DNA of 64,000 nt from Candidatus Limnocylindrus sp. (GTDB lineage: Bacteria; Chloroflexota; Limnocylindria; Limnocylindrales; Limnocylindraceae), in contig JBBAWM010000002.1 in NCBI GenBank assembly GCA_040397175.1, forward strand, positions 21,572 through 85,571. The letters run 5' to 3'. The first letter of the stretch is position 1; every line of letters begins with the position of its first letter. Positions 10,107 through 20,843 of the stretch are shown here, one piece after another. The notes beneath the pieces are model-generated. The model worked only from the letters and a program-made list of their open reading frames with translations. It was not told where the DNA came from and made no database searches. Made by a program: the position numbers and the translations under genes.

Positions 10107-10225
10107 TTCACGGGGAGAGATGCGCCCGAACCGCTGAGCGGCTAGGATTCACGGACTGACCCCCTGGCCACGCCAGGGCCACCAGCCGCTCCGGAAGGGG
10201 CGGCGCCTCGGAGGATGCATCAAGG

Positions 10226-10744
10226 ATGAGTGTTCGGATCCGTTTGACCCGCGTGGGCGCATCGAAGCAGCCATCGTATCGCGTGGTTGCCACCGATCGT
10301 CGTTCGCCTCGAGATGGTCGCTCGCTAGAAATTCTTGGCCACTACAACCCACGCACCGAGCCGCTGACGCTGGTGTTGGATCTCGCCAAGGTTGATGCTT
10401 GGATTGCCAAGGGCGCCCAGCCATCTGATGTTGTCGGCAAGTTGATTACGAAGGCACGCGCTGGCGGAACCGCCATGGGCGGCAAGACGTTGGCCAAGGC
10501 TGCAACGCCGGGCTACACCAAGCCTGGCACGCGACCAGTCGTCGAAGAGGCAACGATCGTTGTTGAAGCTGCGCCAGAGGCCGCAGTTGAGGCGACCGCT
10601 GATGCTGCAGCTCCTGAGGCCGCTCCGGCTGAAGATGCACCTGTCGTTGAAGCTGCACCGGTAGAGGAGGTCGCGGTTGTTGAAGCTGCACCCGTCGCCG
10701 AAGAGGCACCAGCAGAGGCGGCACCAGCCGCCGAGGAGGCGTAA
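10226..10744 (+). CDS. rpsP: 30S ribosomal protein S16 with ~90-aa Ala/Pro/Glu-rich C-terminal extension
   Basis: The product starts [24 protein letters not shown] and continues with an (VVEAAP)n tail. Confidence 0.9.
   Translation: MSVRIRLTRVGASKQPSYRVVATDRRSPRDGRSLEILGHYNPRTEPLTLVLDLAKVDAWIAKGAQPSDVVGKLITKARAGGTAMGGKTLAKAATPGYTKPGTRPVVEEATIVVEAAPEAAVEATADAAAPEAAPAEDAPVVEAAPVEEVAVVEAAPVAEEAPAEAAPAAEEA
10540..10744 (+). repeat. imperfect in-frame tandem repeats (GTTGTTGAAGCTGCACC-like units, three copies) encoding (V/A)VEAAP motifs in the S16 tail
   Basis: I read them directly in the sequence. Confidence 0.5.
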
Positions 10745-10978
10745 GTGGCAGCAGCACAGCTTGTTGAGTACGTTGCGAAGTCGCTTGCCGACAACCCAGA
10801 CGGCGTCAGCGTTGAAGTAGAAGAGGATGGCGACGCCATCATCTTGCGCCTCCTCGTCGACGAAGAGGATATGGGCCGCGTCATCGGTCGAAACGGCAGC
10901 ATTGCAAAGGCGATGCGCAGCCTGTTGAAGGTTGTCTCAAATCGCACCGGAGAGAACTACGTCCTCGAAATTGGCTGA
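10745..10978 (+). CDS. KH-domain RNA-binding protein (YlqC/UPF0109 family)
   Basis: The product has the KH motif VIGRNGSIAKAMR. The rpsP-KH-rimM context is conserved. Confidence 0.75.
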   Translation: MAAAQLVEYVAKSLADNPDGVSVEVEEDGDAIILRLLVDEEDMGRVIGRNGSIAKAMRSLLKVVSNRTGENYVLEIG

Positions 10979-11612
10979 TGCAACGACGGACCTGCGCGTT
11001 GCGCAAGTTCGCGGCGTTCGCGGTCTTGACGGTTCACTCCGGCTCGAAGTTCTGACCGATACCCCTGAACAGCGCTTTGTTCCAGGCGCGCGTCTCTCGA
11101 TTGAGAGCTCAGATCGCCTCCTCACCATTCTTGAAGTGACCCCAAGTTCTCCTGGCCTGTTCGTACGCTTCGGCGAGGTGCAGAGTCGACTCGCAGGCGA
11201 ACGACTGATTGGCGCATATCTCACGATTCCTGCCGCGCAGGTGCAGATCCCGCCAGACCGTGTGCTCTGGGACGAAGTGATTGGGGTTACGGTGCGCGAC
11301 CCGCAAGGCGAAATCATCGGTGAGGTTCGTGATCTCTATCGCGCTGGCGGCGCCGAGGTCTATGTTGTACAGACGCCAGATGGGGGAGAGATTGACCTCC
11401 CCGCCGTTGCTGCGGTGATCGTGGAGTTTGCGCCCCGCGAGGGCCGCATCGTCGCGGACCTCACCGGGTCAGAGCTCACCGTTCGCGCGGCAAAGGCCGT
11501 TCGGCGGCGTGGGCCGCAGAAGACGCCTGGCAGCGTCGCCTCGCTGCGTGCCGCAAAGGCATCACGCCGGCCGAAGCAGCGCGCCGCCAAGCCCCCGGCA
11601 GGTGATGCATGA
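10971..11612 (+). CDS. rimM: ribosome maturation factor RimM (probable TTG start overlapping the KH stop)
   Basis: The product contains LRVAQVRGVRGLDGSLRLEVLTD and has a PRC barrel. It sits upstream of trmD. Confidence 0.8.
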   Translation: MADATTDLRVAQVRGVRGLDGSLRLEVLTDTPEQRFVPGARLSIESSDRLLTILEVTPSSPGLFVRFGEVQSRLAGERLIGAYLTIPAAQVQIPPDRVLWDEVIGVTVRDPQGEIIGEVRDLYRAGGAEVYVVQTPDGGEIDLPAVAAVIVEFAPREGRIVADLTGSELTVRAAKAVRRRGPQKTPGSVASLRAAKASRRPKQRAAKPPAGDA

Positions 11613-12319
11613 GCGATGACGTGCGCCCAACACTAAAGATCGATGTGATCTCACTCTTCCCTGAAACGATCATGGCGGCGCTCTCTGCGAGCATTCCAGC
11701 GCGAGCCCTTGAGCGAGGGTTGGCGACCCTCACCTGTCATGATCTACGCACCTGGGGGATCGGGAAGCACCGCTCGGTCGACGATGAGCCGTACGGCGGT
11801 GGTGCAGGGATGCTTTTGCGGCCAGAGCCTCTTGTGGAGGCGATTGAAGCGCTGTGCGGGCCAGACTCAACCGTGATCCTCTTCGATGCCGGCGGTGAAC
11901 GCCTGCGGCAGCCACGGGTTCGTGCGCTGGCGGCGGCCTCGCACCTGATCATCATCTGCGGGCGTTACGAAGGGGTAGACGACCGCGTTCGAGCCTATGT
12001 CGATCTCGAGCTGAGCCTCGGTGATTTCGTCCTCTCCGGTGGTGAGCCGGCGGCGATCGTCCTCTGTGACGCGATCCTGCGCCTCGTCCCTGGAGCGATT
12101 GATGCGGCGTCGCTCTCCGAGGAGTCGTTCTCCGCAGATCTCCTGGAGTATCCCCAGTTCACCCGCCCCGCCGAATTCCGCGGAGTGGGGGTCCCCGACA
12201 TCCTCCTCTCAGGGAACCACGCTGGGGTCGCCGCGTGGCGGCACGAGGAGGCGATTCGTCGCACTCAGCGCCAGCGCCCTGACCTTGCCAAGCCTACGAA
12301 GGGGAGCGAGGGGTCGTAA
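11609..12319 (+). CDS. trmD: tRNA (guanine37-N1)-methyltransferase
   Basis: The product has IDVISLFPE and GYEGVDDR in an SPOUT fold. Confidence 0.9.
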   Translation: MSDDVRPTLKIDVISLFPETIMAALSASIPARALERGLATLTCHDLRTWGIGKHRSVDDEPYGGGAGMLLRPEPLVEAIEALCGPDSTVILFDAGGERLRQPRVRALAAASHLIIICGRYEGVDDRVRAYVDLELSLGDFVLSGGEPAAIVLCDAILRLVPGAIDAASLSEESFSADLLEYPQFTRPAEFRGVGVPDILLSGNHAGVAAWRHEEAIRRTQRQRPDLAKPTKGSEGS

Positions 12320-12359
12320 GGGGAGGCTCCAGGGGGGCTGTGCTATTCTCACCGCCCGC

Positions 12360-12378
12360 GCCGACAGGTTCTGTCGGC
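12360..12378 (+). promoter_or_regulatory. perfect 8-bp hairpin GCCGACAG-GTT-CTGTCGGC between trmD and rplS
   Basis: I read it directly in the sequence. It lies 17 nt upstream of the rplS ATG and has no U-tract. Confidence 0.3.
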
Positions 12379-12395
12379 CACCACGGAGATGAAAC

Positions 12396-13046
12396 ATGGA
12401 CCTGATCCGCACGCTGACCAATGCCCAGATGAAGAGCGATCTCCCGGAGATCAAGGCCGGCGACACCGTCAAGGTGTCGGCAAAGGTCGTTGAAGGGAAC
12501 CGAGAGCGCATTCAGGTATTCGAGGGCACCGTCATGCGCCTGCGCGGCGGCGGACTCGGGTTGAACATCACCGTTCGACGTATCGCCTCAGGCGTTGGCG
12601 TCGAGCGAACCTTCAAGGTGCACAGCCCACGCATCGAGAAGATCGAAGTGGTCCGACACGGCGTGTCGAACCGTGCCCAGCTCTACTTCCTTCGTGATCG
12701 CGTTGGCAAGCAGTCGTCGCTCCGCGAGCGCCGCGATAGCGCCACCGACATTGCGAAGAACGAGGTGAAGGCCGCAGCAAAGAAGGCCATTAAGGATGAG
12801 GCGGACGCCGTGACTGCCGCTGCCGCTGCAGTGGTTGCAGCCGAAGCGGCCGCTGTGGCCGCTACCGCCGCCGCAGCCGTCGCCGCCGAAGAGGCCGCCG
12901 CCGCTGCAACTGCAGCCGAGGTCGTTGCAGAAGCCCCTGTCGCTGAAGCCGCAATCGCTGAGGCGCCGGCCGCCGAAGTTGCGACCGAAGAGAGCGCACC
13001 CGCTGAGGCGCCAGTCGCTGAGGAGACGGAGAAGGCTCCGGAGTGA
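12396..13046 (+). CDS. rplS: 50S ribosomal protein L19 with ~100-aa Ala/Glu-rich C-terminal extension
   Basis: The product has MDLIRTLTNAQMKSDLPEIKAGDTVKV and the L19 core. It continues with an AAAAVVAAEAAAVAATAAAA... tail. Confidence 0.9.
   Translation: MDLIRTLTNAQMKSDLPEIKAGDTVKVSAKVVEGNRERIQVFEGTVMRLRGGGLGLNITVRRIASGVGVERTFKVHSPRIEKIEVVRHGVSNRAQLYFLRDRVGKQSSLRERRDSATDIAKNEVKAAAKKAIKDEADAVTAAAAAVVAAEAAAVAATAAAAVAAEEAAAAATAAEVVAEAPVAEAAIAEAPAAEVATEESAPAEAPVAEETEKAPE
12780..13040 (+). repeat. GC-rich low-complexity GCN/GAR codon repeats encoding the Ala/Glu-rich L19 tail
   Basis: I read them directly in the sequence. Confidence 0.5.
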
Positions 13047-13714
13047 GCAACCTGCGGCCCACGAGTGGCCGCACACTGCCAACTCGCGAACTTGAGCTAC
13101 GCCACGGTCATCCTGAGCGCGCCGTCATCGGCATCGATGAAGTAGGTCTCGCCCCACTCGCTGGCCCGGTCGTCGCCTGCGCGATCTTGATGCCTGGAGG
13201 AGATCCAATCCCCGGCGTTCGCGATTCGAAGATGCTGACGCCCGCACGTCGCGTGGTGCTTGCCGAGCAGATTCGAAACGTGGCGGTCGCGATCGGCATC
13301 GGCGCAGCCTCCGCGCGAGAGGTGGAGCGCATTAATCCCCGCGCGGCGTCGCATCGCGCAATGGCGCGCGCCGTTGCGCAGCTCACGCGTAGAAGGGGAG
13401 AGGCGCCAGATTTCGCTCTCGTTGATGGGAGCAGTGCACGGGACCTTCGGGATCTGATCGGACCACACGCAACGGTCGTTCGCGGCGATCAGTCGGTCTA
13501 CGTAATCGCCTGCGCCTCGATCGTCGCGAAGGTGCTTCGCGATACGCTCATGGCTGACTTGTCGCTGCGCTACCCCGGATACGGCTGGGAATCCAATGTG
13601 GGATATCCAGCCCCCGCACACCTTGCCGCCCTTGATGCACTCGGCGTGACCCCGCACCATCGCCGCACCTATGCCCCAGTTGCCGCGCGCATCGGCCTCC
13701 TGCCACGCAGCTAA
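13043..13714 (+). CDS. rnhB: ribonuclease HII
   Basis: The product has the motif GIDEVGLAPLAGPVVACA. Confidence 0.9.
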   Translation: MSNLRPTSGRTLPTRELELRHGHPERAVIGIDEVGLAPLAGPVVACAILMPGGDPIPGVRDSKMLTPARRVVLAEQIRNVAVAIGIGAASAREVERINPRAASHRAMARAVAQLTRRRGEAPDFALVDGSSARDLRDLIGPHATVVRGDQSVYVIACASIVAKVLRDTLMADLSLRYPGYGWESNVGYPAPAHLAALDALGVTPHHRRTYAPVAARIGLLPRS

Positions 13715-13759
13715 GCCTGGGAAACGTCGCCGGTACGGCGCCGCTGTGAGCATGCGCTG

Positions 13760-14107
13760 GTGGCAAATAGTCAGGCACTGCGTGCAATCATCGGTCGTGA
13801 GGCGGAAGCGCTGGCGGCGCGCTCCCTGGCTCACAGCGGCTGGGTGATTCTTGCTCAAAACCTGCGGCTGGGACGACTTGAGGTGGACCTGCTCGCACGG
13901 GACGCGTGTGGCTCCCTGGTTGCCGTTGAGGTGCGTCGTCGTAGGTCCGTCGGCGCCGCCTCGCCGTCAGAGCTCTTGGGGGCACGTAAACTGCGGGCAC
14001 TGCGGCGGCAGCGCGCGCACCTCCCCGACGGGTGCCGCATCGACCTGCTCCTCGTGCTCGGCAGCCCCAGGCACGAGCGCCTACGCCTCGTTCGTGGGAT
14101 TGCCTAG
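13760..14107 (+). CDS. yraN: YraN/UPF0102 family endonuclease-like protein
   Basis: The product has EAEALAARSL...GWVILAQNLRLGRLEVDLLARD. It is adjacent to rnhB, as in Gram-positives. Confidence 0.7.
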   Translation: MANSQALRAIIGREAEALAARSLAHSGWVILAQNLRLGRLEVDLLARDACGSLVAVEVRRRRSVGAASPSELLGARKLRALRRQRAHLPDGCRIDLLLVLGSPRHERLRLVRGIA

Positions 14108-14263
14108 GGCCGCGGCGCCTCGTGCTAGGATTCCCAAGCGTTCGGATCGGACGTCCGCCCCCGCAAGGGGTCGAAATACGCACGCGGAATACGACGCCTC
14201 ACTACGGTGGCCCTTCGGGGTCGTGACGGCGCCCCGCGGTGGAATAACCGTGTAAGGAGAACT
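14108..14263 (+). promoter_or_regulatory. structured GC-rich 5' leader of rpsB (candidate S2 autoregulatory element) ending in TAAGGAGA Shine-Dalgarno
   Basis: It contains several short hairpins such as GCCCTTCGGGGT and CGCCCCGCGG. The Shine-Dalgarno TAAGGAGA lies 6 nt before the ATG. Confidence 0.3.
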
Positions 14264-15133
14264 ATGGCACCAGTAACCATGCGCGACCTTCTCGAGGTCG
14301 GAGCCCACTTCGGGCACCAGACACGCCGATGGAATCCCAAGATGGCGCCGTTTATCTACGCGCAGCGCAACGGGATCCACATCCTTGACCTCGCCAAGAG
14401 CGCGAAGCACCTGCAGATTGCCCTCGACGCAGTACGTGACGCGAGCGCAAACGGTGAGACGATTCTCTTCGTCGGCACCAAGAAGCAGGCGCAGGCGCCA
14501 ATTCAGGAAGAGGCGACCCGCGCCGGTCAGCCCTACGTGATCAAGCGCTGGCTCGGCGGCATGCTCACCAACTTCACGACGATTCGCAAGCGCCTCACCC
14601 TCATGGAGCAGCTTGAGGCACGAGAGCAGGCTGGCGAGTTCGACATCATGTCGAAGAAGGAGGCGTCCAAGCTTGGCGACAAGCTAGAGAAGCTTCGCGG
14701 AGCGCTCGGCGGCATGCGCCGTCTGCGCAAGGCCCCAGGGATGGTCTTCATCATTGACCCGAGCCGCGAAACCCTCGCTGCGATTGAAGCGAACAAGCTC
14801 GGGATCCCTGTTGTCGGCACCGCCGACACCAACGTTAACCCTGATCTACTCACCTATCCGATCCCAGTGAACGACGACGCGATCAAGTGCATTCGCTTGA
14901 TCTGCACCGCCGTCGCTGATGCGGTGATCGAAGGCGCTGCGATCCGCGCCGCACGTTTGCCTGAGCTTGAGGCGCAAGAGGCCGCAGCAGCTGCCGCAGA
15001 AAACGCCGCAGATGCACCTGAGGCATCCGATGTCCAGGACGATCTCGTTGCTGCGCTGAGTGCCACCGGCACGCTGAGCTTCTCGCCTGACGAGGAGCCG
15101 GTCCCCGCCGTCGACATCACCCCAGCAGTGTAA
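14264..15133 (+). CDS. rpsB: 30S ribosomal protein S2 (acidic C-terminal tail)
   Basis: The product has MRDLLEVGAHFGHQTRRWNPKM. Confidence 0.95.
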   Translation: MAPVTMRDLLEVGAHFGHQTRRWNPKMAPFIYAQRNGIHILDLAKSAKHLQIALDAVRDASANGETILFVGTKKQAQAPIQEEATRAGQPYVIKRWLGGMLTNFTTIRKRLTLMEQLEAREQAGEFDIMSKKEASKLGDKLEKLRGALGGMRRLRKAPGMVFIIDPSRETLAAIEANKLGIPVVGTADTNVNPDLLTYPIPVNDDAIKCIRLICTAVADAVIEGAAIRAARLPELEAQEAAAAAAENAADAPEASDVQDDLVAALSATGTLSFSPDEEPVPAVDITPAV

Positions 15134-15143
15134 GGAGGCCACC

Positions 15144-15740
15144 ATGGCGATTAGCGCAGAGGCGGTACGAGACCTACGCGAGCGCACCGGCGCTGGAATG
15201 ATGGATTGCAAGCGCGCACTCGAAGAGTGCGGTGGTGACGTGGAGAAAGCCGTCCTCGCACTTCGGGAGGCTGGCCTTGCCGCAGCGGCGAAGAAGGCTG
15301 GTCGCGATGCACGCGAAGGACTCGTCTCTTCCTACATCCATACGGGCGGCCGCGTCGGAGTTCTCCTTGAGGTGAACTGCGAGACTGACTTCGTGGCGCG
15401 CAATGAGCAGTTCCAGAAGTTGGTGAAAGACATCGCCATGCAGATTGCGGGGTTGCACCCGCTCTACGTCAGCCAGGACCAGATCCCTGCCGCTGCGCTC
15501 GAAGCGAAGCGCGCCGCACTCCTTGAGGACGAGGCACTCGCCAAGAAGCCAGAAGCGATTCGAGCCCAGATCGTTGAGGGACAGCTGCGCAAGTGGTTTG
15601 AAGAGGTCTGCCTTCTCGATCAACCATTCCGCGACGGCGACGAGAACGTTGGTCAGCTGATCACAAACGCAATTGCCACGATCGGCGAGAACATCCGAGT
15701 GCGCCGCTTCGTGCGCTACGCCCTCGGCGAGGAGCTGTAG
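15144..15740 (+). CDS. tsf: elongation factor Ts (short ~200-aa form)
   Basis: The product has VRDLRERTGAGMMDCKRAL. Confidence 0.95.
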   Translation: MAISAEAVRDLRERTGAGMMDCKRALEECGGDVEKAVLALREAGLAAAAKKAGRDAREGLVSSYIHTGGRVGVLLEVNCETDFVARNEQFQKLVKDIAMQIAGLHPLYVSQDQIPAAALEAKRAALLEDEALAKKPEAIRAQIVEGQLRKWFEEVCLLDQPFRDGDENVGQLITNAIATIGENIRVRRFVRYALGEEL

Positions 15741-17043
<1,303 letters not shown>

Positions 17044-17047
<4 letters not shown>

Positions 17048-17793
17048 CCGACGCCGATATTCGGCGACCTGCTGACGCGCAGCCGCTCGTGCATAGCACC
17101 CCACCGCCTGAAGGCGCGCCGAGCCATGTCGCGATCATCATGGACGGCAATCGACGCTGGGCGCGTAGCAAGAGCCTCGACGAGATTGAAGGGCACGTCG
17201 CCGGCACCGAGGCGCTGCGAACCGTCCTCAGGCACGCTGTGCAGATCGGCATTCCGCACCTCACTGTCTACGCCTTCAGCCGCGAGAACTGGGCCCGCAG
17301 CGACAAAGAGGTAGCGCAGCTCTTCAATCTCTTGGCGAAGGTGATCGACGATGAAACACCTGAGCTGCTTGCGCAGGGTGTGGCCGTCCGTTTTCTCGGC
17401 CGCCTCTCGGAGCTGCCGGCTGCGGCCCAGGAGCGCATTGCCTCAGCATGCGCGAGGACGGCAGGCGGCACACGGCTCGAACTTGGGGTTGCGTTCAATT
17501 ACGGAAGTCGTACCGAAATCGTGGATGCCGTACGGTCCATCGTGGCTGCAGGGATTACGCCTGATGATATTGATGAGGGCACGATCGGCAACGCCCTCTA
17601 TACGGCCGGCATGCCTGACCCTGATCTTGTGATTCGCACGGGCGGCGAGGAACGTCTCTCGAACTTTCTGTTGTGGCAGAGCGCGTATGCCGAGATCGTG
17701 ACGACGTCCACCCTTTGGCCTGACTTTGGTGCGGCGGATCTTGATGCGGCGATCTCAACCTACGCGCAGCGCATTCGACGGTTCGGGCGATGA
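17044..17793 (+). CDS. uppS: undecaprenyl diphosphate synthase
   Basis: The product has HVAIIMDGNRRWA and FSRENWAR. Confidence 0.9.
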
Positions 17794-18632
17794 GTAGCGG
17801 GGCGCTAACCCAGAGAGCGATCGGTTCGCTCTTGATCCTTCCAGTAGCCGCTGTGGCGCTCTTCCCTCCAGTCGGCACACTTGCGGTGACGGTTCTCTTG
17901 ATCGCCCTCGCGGCACGAGAGGCTGCGAAGATCCTCACCAAGGTGCTTGGCGGCGCCTCCGCGCTCTGGATCACGATCATCTTGGTCAGCCCGCTCTTCG
18001 CCGCCATCTCTCCCGCTTTCGGTGCCGCACTGACGATCGCAACACTGCTGCTCTTTGTAGGCACGGTGGTTCGTCAAGCGATTCGCGCCACAGCGAAGGG
18101 TCTGGAGCCTCAGCTACGTCTGCTTCTTGGAACGATGGCTGCCGTGATCTGGTTGAGCCCACTCACGCTGCTCCCGCTGCTCGCTTCGCTCGATCCGCTT
18201 GATCGAGGGGCGCCGGCGAGTTGGATCGTGTGGCTATTGGCGATCGTCTGGACGGCAGATAGTGCCGCATACCTTGTTGGACGCACGATCGGTCGACGCA
18301 AGTTGGCCCCAGTGCTCTCGCCGCGCAAGAGTCTTGAAGGATTCGTTGGCGGCATTCTCGTTGCGGGCCTGGTTGGTGCGCTGATCGCTGGCCCACTCTT
18401 TACGCTCGGTAAAAACGAATCAGAGTTCTTCCTCTGGGGGCTGGCCTGGGGTTTGATCATCGCCACTGCAGCGGAGGCAGGTGACCTCCTTGAGTCACTC
18501 TTCAAACGTGTTGCAGGTGCCGAGAGTGCATCAAACCTGATCCCCGGCCATGGCGGCGTGCTCGATCGCATCGATAGCCTGCTGCTTGCGGCGCCAGTGA
18601 CGCTCATCGCTGCGCTGCTACTGCGAGGCTAG
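17790..18632 (+). CDS. cdsA: phosphatidate cytidylyltransferase
   Basis: The product is polytopic and has SLEGFVGG and PGHGGVLDRIDS. Confidence 0.85.
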   Translation: MSSGALTQRAIGSLLILPVAAVALFPPVGTLAVTVLLIALAAREAAKILTKVLGGASALWITIILVSPLFAAISPAFGAALTIATLLLFVGTVVRQAIRATAKGLEPQLRLLLGTMAAVIWLSPLTLLPLLASLDPLDRGAPASWIVWLLAIVWTADSAAYLVGRTIGRRKLAPVLSPRKSLEGFVGGILVAGLVGALIAGPLFTLGKNESEFFLWGLAWGLIIATAAEAGDLLESLFKRVAGAESASNLIPGHGGVLDRIDSLLLAAPVTLIAALLLRG

Positions 18633-18633
18633 G

Positions 18634-19761
18634 GTGAGCCGTATCCGCGTCGCCCTGCTTGGTGCGAGCGGTTCAATCGGCCTGCAGGCTGCCGAGGTTA
18701 TTGCGCAGCACCCCGCGGAGTTTAAACTCGTTGCCCTTGCCTCAGGTCGCGGTGGTGAGCAGTATGACGCTCTCGCTTCGGCTAATCCGCAGTCGCGCAG
18801 CCTCGTTGGTGGCAGCGCTGACGACCTTCGTTCGCTCGTTCTTGATGCCGCGCCTGACGTTGCGCTGATTGCCACCACTGGTGTTGTCGGCCTTGCCGCA
18901 ACCGTCGCGGCCCTTGAGGCGGGTGTGGCGGTGGCGATCGCGAATAAAGAGACGATCGTTTCCGGAGGTGACGTAGTGATGCGCGCCGCTCGAGCAGCCG
19001 CAGAGCGCAAGGGGAGCGACGTCCTGGAGCGTCTTCGCCCGGTCGACTCAGAACACTCGGCGCTCTGGCAAAGCCTTGTTGGTGAATCGCCTGATCGCGT
19101 ACGATCACTTTGGCTGACGGCGAGTGGCGGACCGTTCCGTGAGTCGACCGCCGCTGAGATCGCCGCCGCAACTCCCGCGACGGCCCTCAAGCACCCAACC
19201 TGGAGCATGGGAGCGAAAATCACGATTGATTCAGCGACGCTGGTGAATAAGGGCCTCGAGGCGATCGAGGCACACCGACTCTTCTCGGTGCCCATGGCAC
19301 AAATCAGGATCGTGGTGCACCCGCAGAGCGTTGTGCACGGTTTCGTGGAATTCGTTGACGGTTCAACGAAGGCGCAGATGGGTAGTCCCGACATGCGCGG
19401 GCCGATCGGTTATGCCCTCGGCTATCCTGTGCGTATGGCTTCAACCTTTCAGAACGTCGATCTCGTGGCTCACGGGGCGCTCACCTTCACCGCACCTGAT
19501 CTTGTCCGCTTTCCCGGCCTGGCGATCGCTTTGGAGGCTGGCCGGGCAGGGGGTGCCGCCCCAGGTGCACTCATCGCAGCCGATGGCGTGGCCGTGACCC
19601 GCTTCCTCGCTGGGGAGTTCCTGCTGGGCGGCATCCCTCGGCTTCTCGGTGATGCGGTGGAGCAATTTGGTGTTCGTCCTGCCCCAACGAGTGTCGATGA
19701 GGTGATTGACCTCCATAACGAGGTAACAACGTTCGCAGAGCAATGGAGTGGGGCCGCCTGA
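18634..19761 (+). CDS. dxr: 1-deoxy-D-xylulose 5-phosphate reductoisomerase
   Basis: The product has VALLGASGSIGLQAAEV and NKETIV. Confidence 0.9.
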   Translation: MSRIRVALLGASGSIGLQAAEVIAQHPAEFKLVALASGRGGEQYDALASANPQSRSLVGGSADDLRSLVLDAAPDVALIATTGVVGLAATVAALEAGVAVAIANKETIVSGGDVVMRAARAAAERKGSDVLERLRPVDSEHSALWQSLVGESPDRVRSLWLTASGGPFRESTAAEIAAATPATALKHPTWSMGAKITIDSATLVNKGLEAIEAHRLFSVPMAQIRIVVHPQSVVHGFVEFVDGSTKAQMGSPDMRGPIGYALGYPVRMASTFQNVDLVAHGALTFTAPDLVRFPGLAIALEAGRAGGAAPGALIAADGVAVTRFLAGEFLLGGIPRLLGDAVEQFGVRPAPTSVDEVIDLHNEVTTFAEQWSGAA

Positions 19762-20843
19762 TGGAGATCCTCGGCGGCATTGCCGCACCGGTGCTCGTCT
19801 TCGTCCTTCTCGTCGTGCCACTGATCGTGGTGCACGAACTTGGCCATCTTGTTGCGGCACGACTTCGTGGCATTGACGTGCCCGAATTCGGAATTGGGTT
19901 TCCACCACGCCTCTTCACGCTGCTCCGAGGGCGGCGTACAGAGCTCACCATCAACGCCCTTCCGATCGGCGGATTCGTGCGCATGGCGGGGAGCGAAGAG
20001 GGAGATACCGATCCCGCCGGCTGGGAGCGTGCAACGCTCACCTCCAAGGTGCTGGTCATGGTTGCGGGGGTTGCCATGAACATCGTGGTCGCTTTCTTAC
20101 TGATGCTCCTCCTCTCTGGTCCGCTCGCTGAACGTTCCAGCATCCTTCTCGAGGATGTACAGCCGGGCTCTCCAGCCGCCGCTGCTGGCCTGCTGCCTGG
20201 TGATCGCATCGTGGGCCTCGAGGGGGAAACCTTCGATCGCTTTGACTCACCGCTGCAGAGCCTTCCTGGTCGCGCAGGAGAGACCGTCCAAGTGACGGTG
20301 GAGACTCCAGGCCAAGCGAAGCGATTCGTTTCCATCACGCTGCGCACTGCAGAAGCGGCAGCCGGGCAGGGGTTCATGGGTGTGAAGATTGCCTCTATTG
20401 ACGGCGCCGGTCCACTCTCACGACCGATCGGCGACGCACTGGTACTTGCCGCTACGCGCACCTGGGATGCCGGGACCTCAATTCTCGGGGCGCTGGGTAC
20501 CTTCATTACGTCGCCGTTCCGCCCATCAGATGGCACCGGCGGAGTTGCGGGGCCGATCGGTATTGCCGTTGGTGTTTCTGCAGCTGCCGGCCAGCTCGGC
20601 TTTGTTGGCCTCTTGCATATCGCGGCGCTGCTCTCAGCAAATCTTGCAGTACTGAACCTGCTGCCGATCCCGCCGCTCGACGGTGGCCGTGTCGCCGCAC
20701 TCTTCCTCCGACGCCTACTTGGAGAGGTGCGTGGTCGCCGTGTTGAACGACAGCTTGTGACTGCTGGTGCCGTGCTCATGCTCGCACTCTTCGCCTGGAT
20801 TTCGCTTGGTGACATCCTGAATCTCTTCGGGGTGAAGCGATGA
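19743..20843 (+). CDS. rseP: RIP zinc metalloprotease RseP (site-2 protease)
   Basis: The product has [10 protein letters not shown], a PDZ domain and [12 protein letters not shown]. Confidence 0.85.
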   Translation: MEWGRLMEILGGIAAPVLVFVLLVVPLIVVHELGHLVAARLRGIDVPEFGIGFPPRLFTLLRGRRTELTINALPIGGFVRMAGSEEGDTDPAGWERATLTSKVLVMVAGVAMNIVVAFLLMLLLSGPLAERSSILLEDVQPGSPAAAAGLLPGDRIVGLEGETFDRFDSPLQSLPGRAGETVQVTVETPGQAKRFVSITLRTAEAAAGQGFMGVKIASIDGAGPLSRPIGDALVLAATRTWDAGTSILGALGTFITSPFRPSDGTGGVAGPIGIAVGVSAAAGQLGFVGLLHIAALLSANLAVLNLLPIPPLDGGRVAALFLRRLLGEVRGRRVERQLVTAGAVLMLALFAWISLGDILNLFGVKR

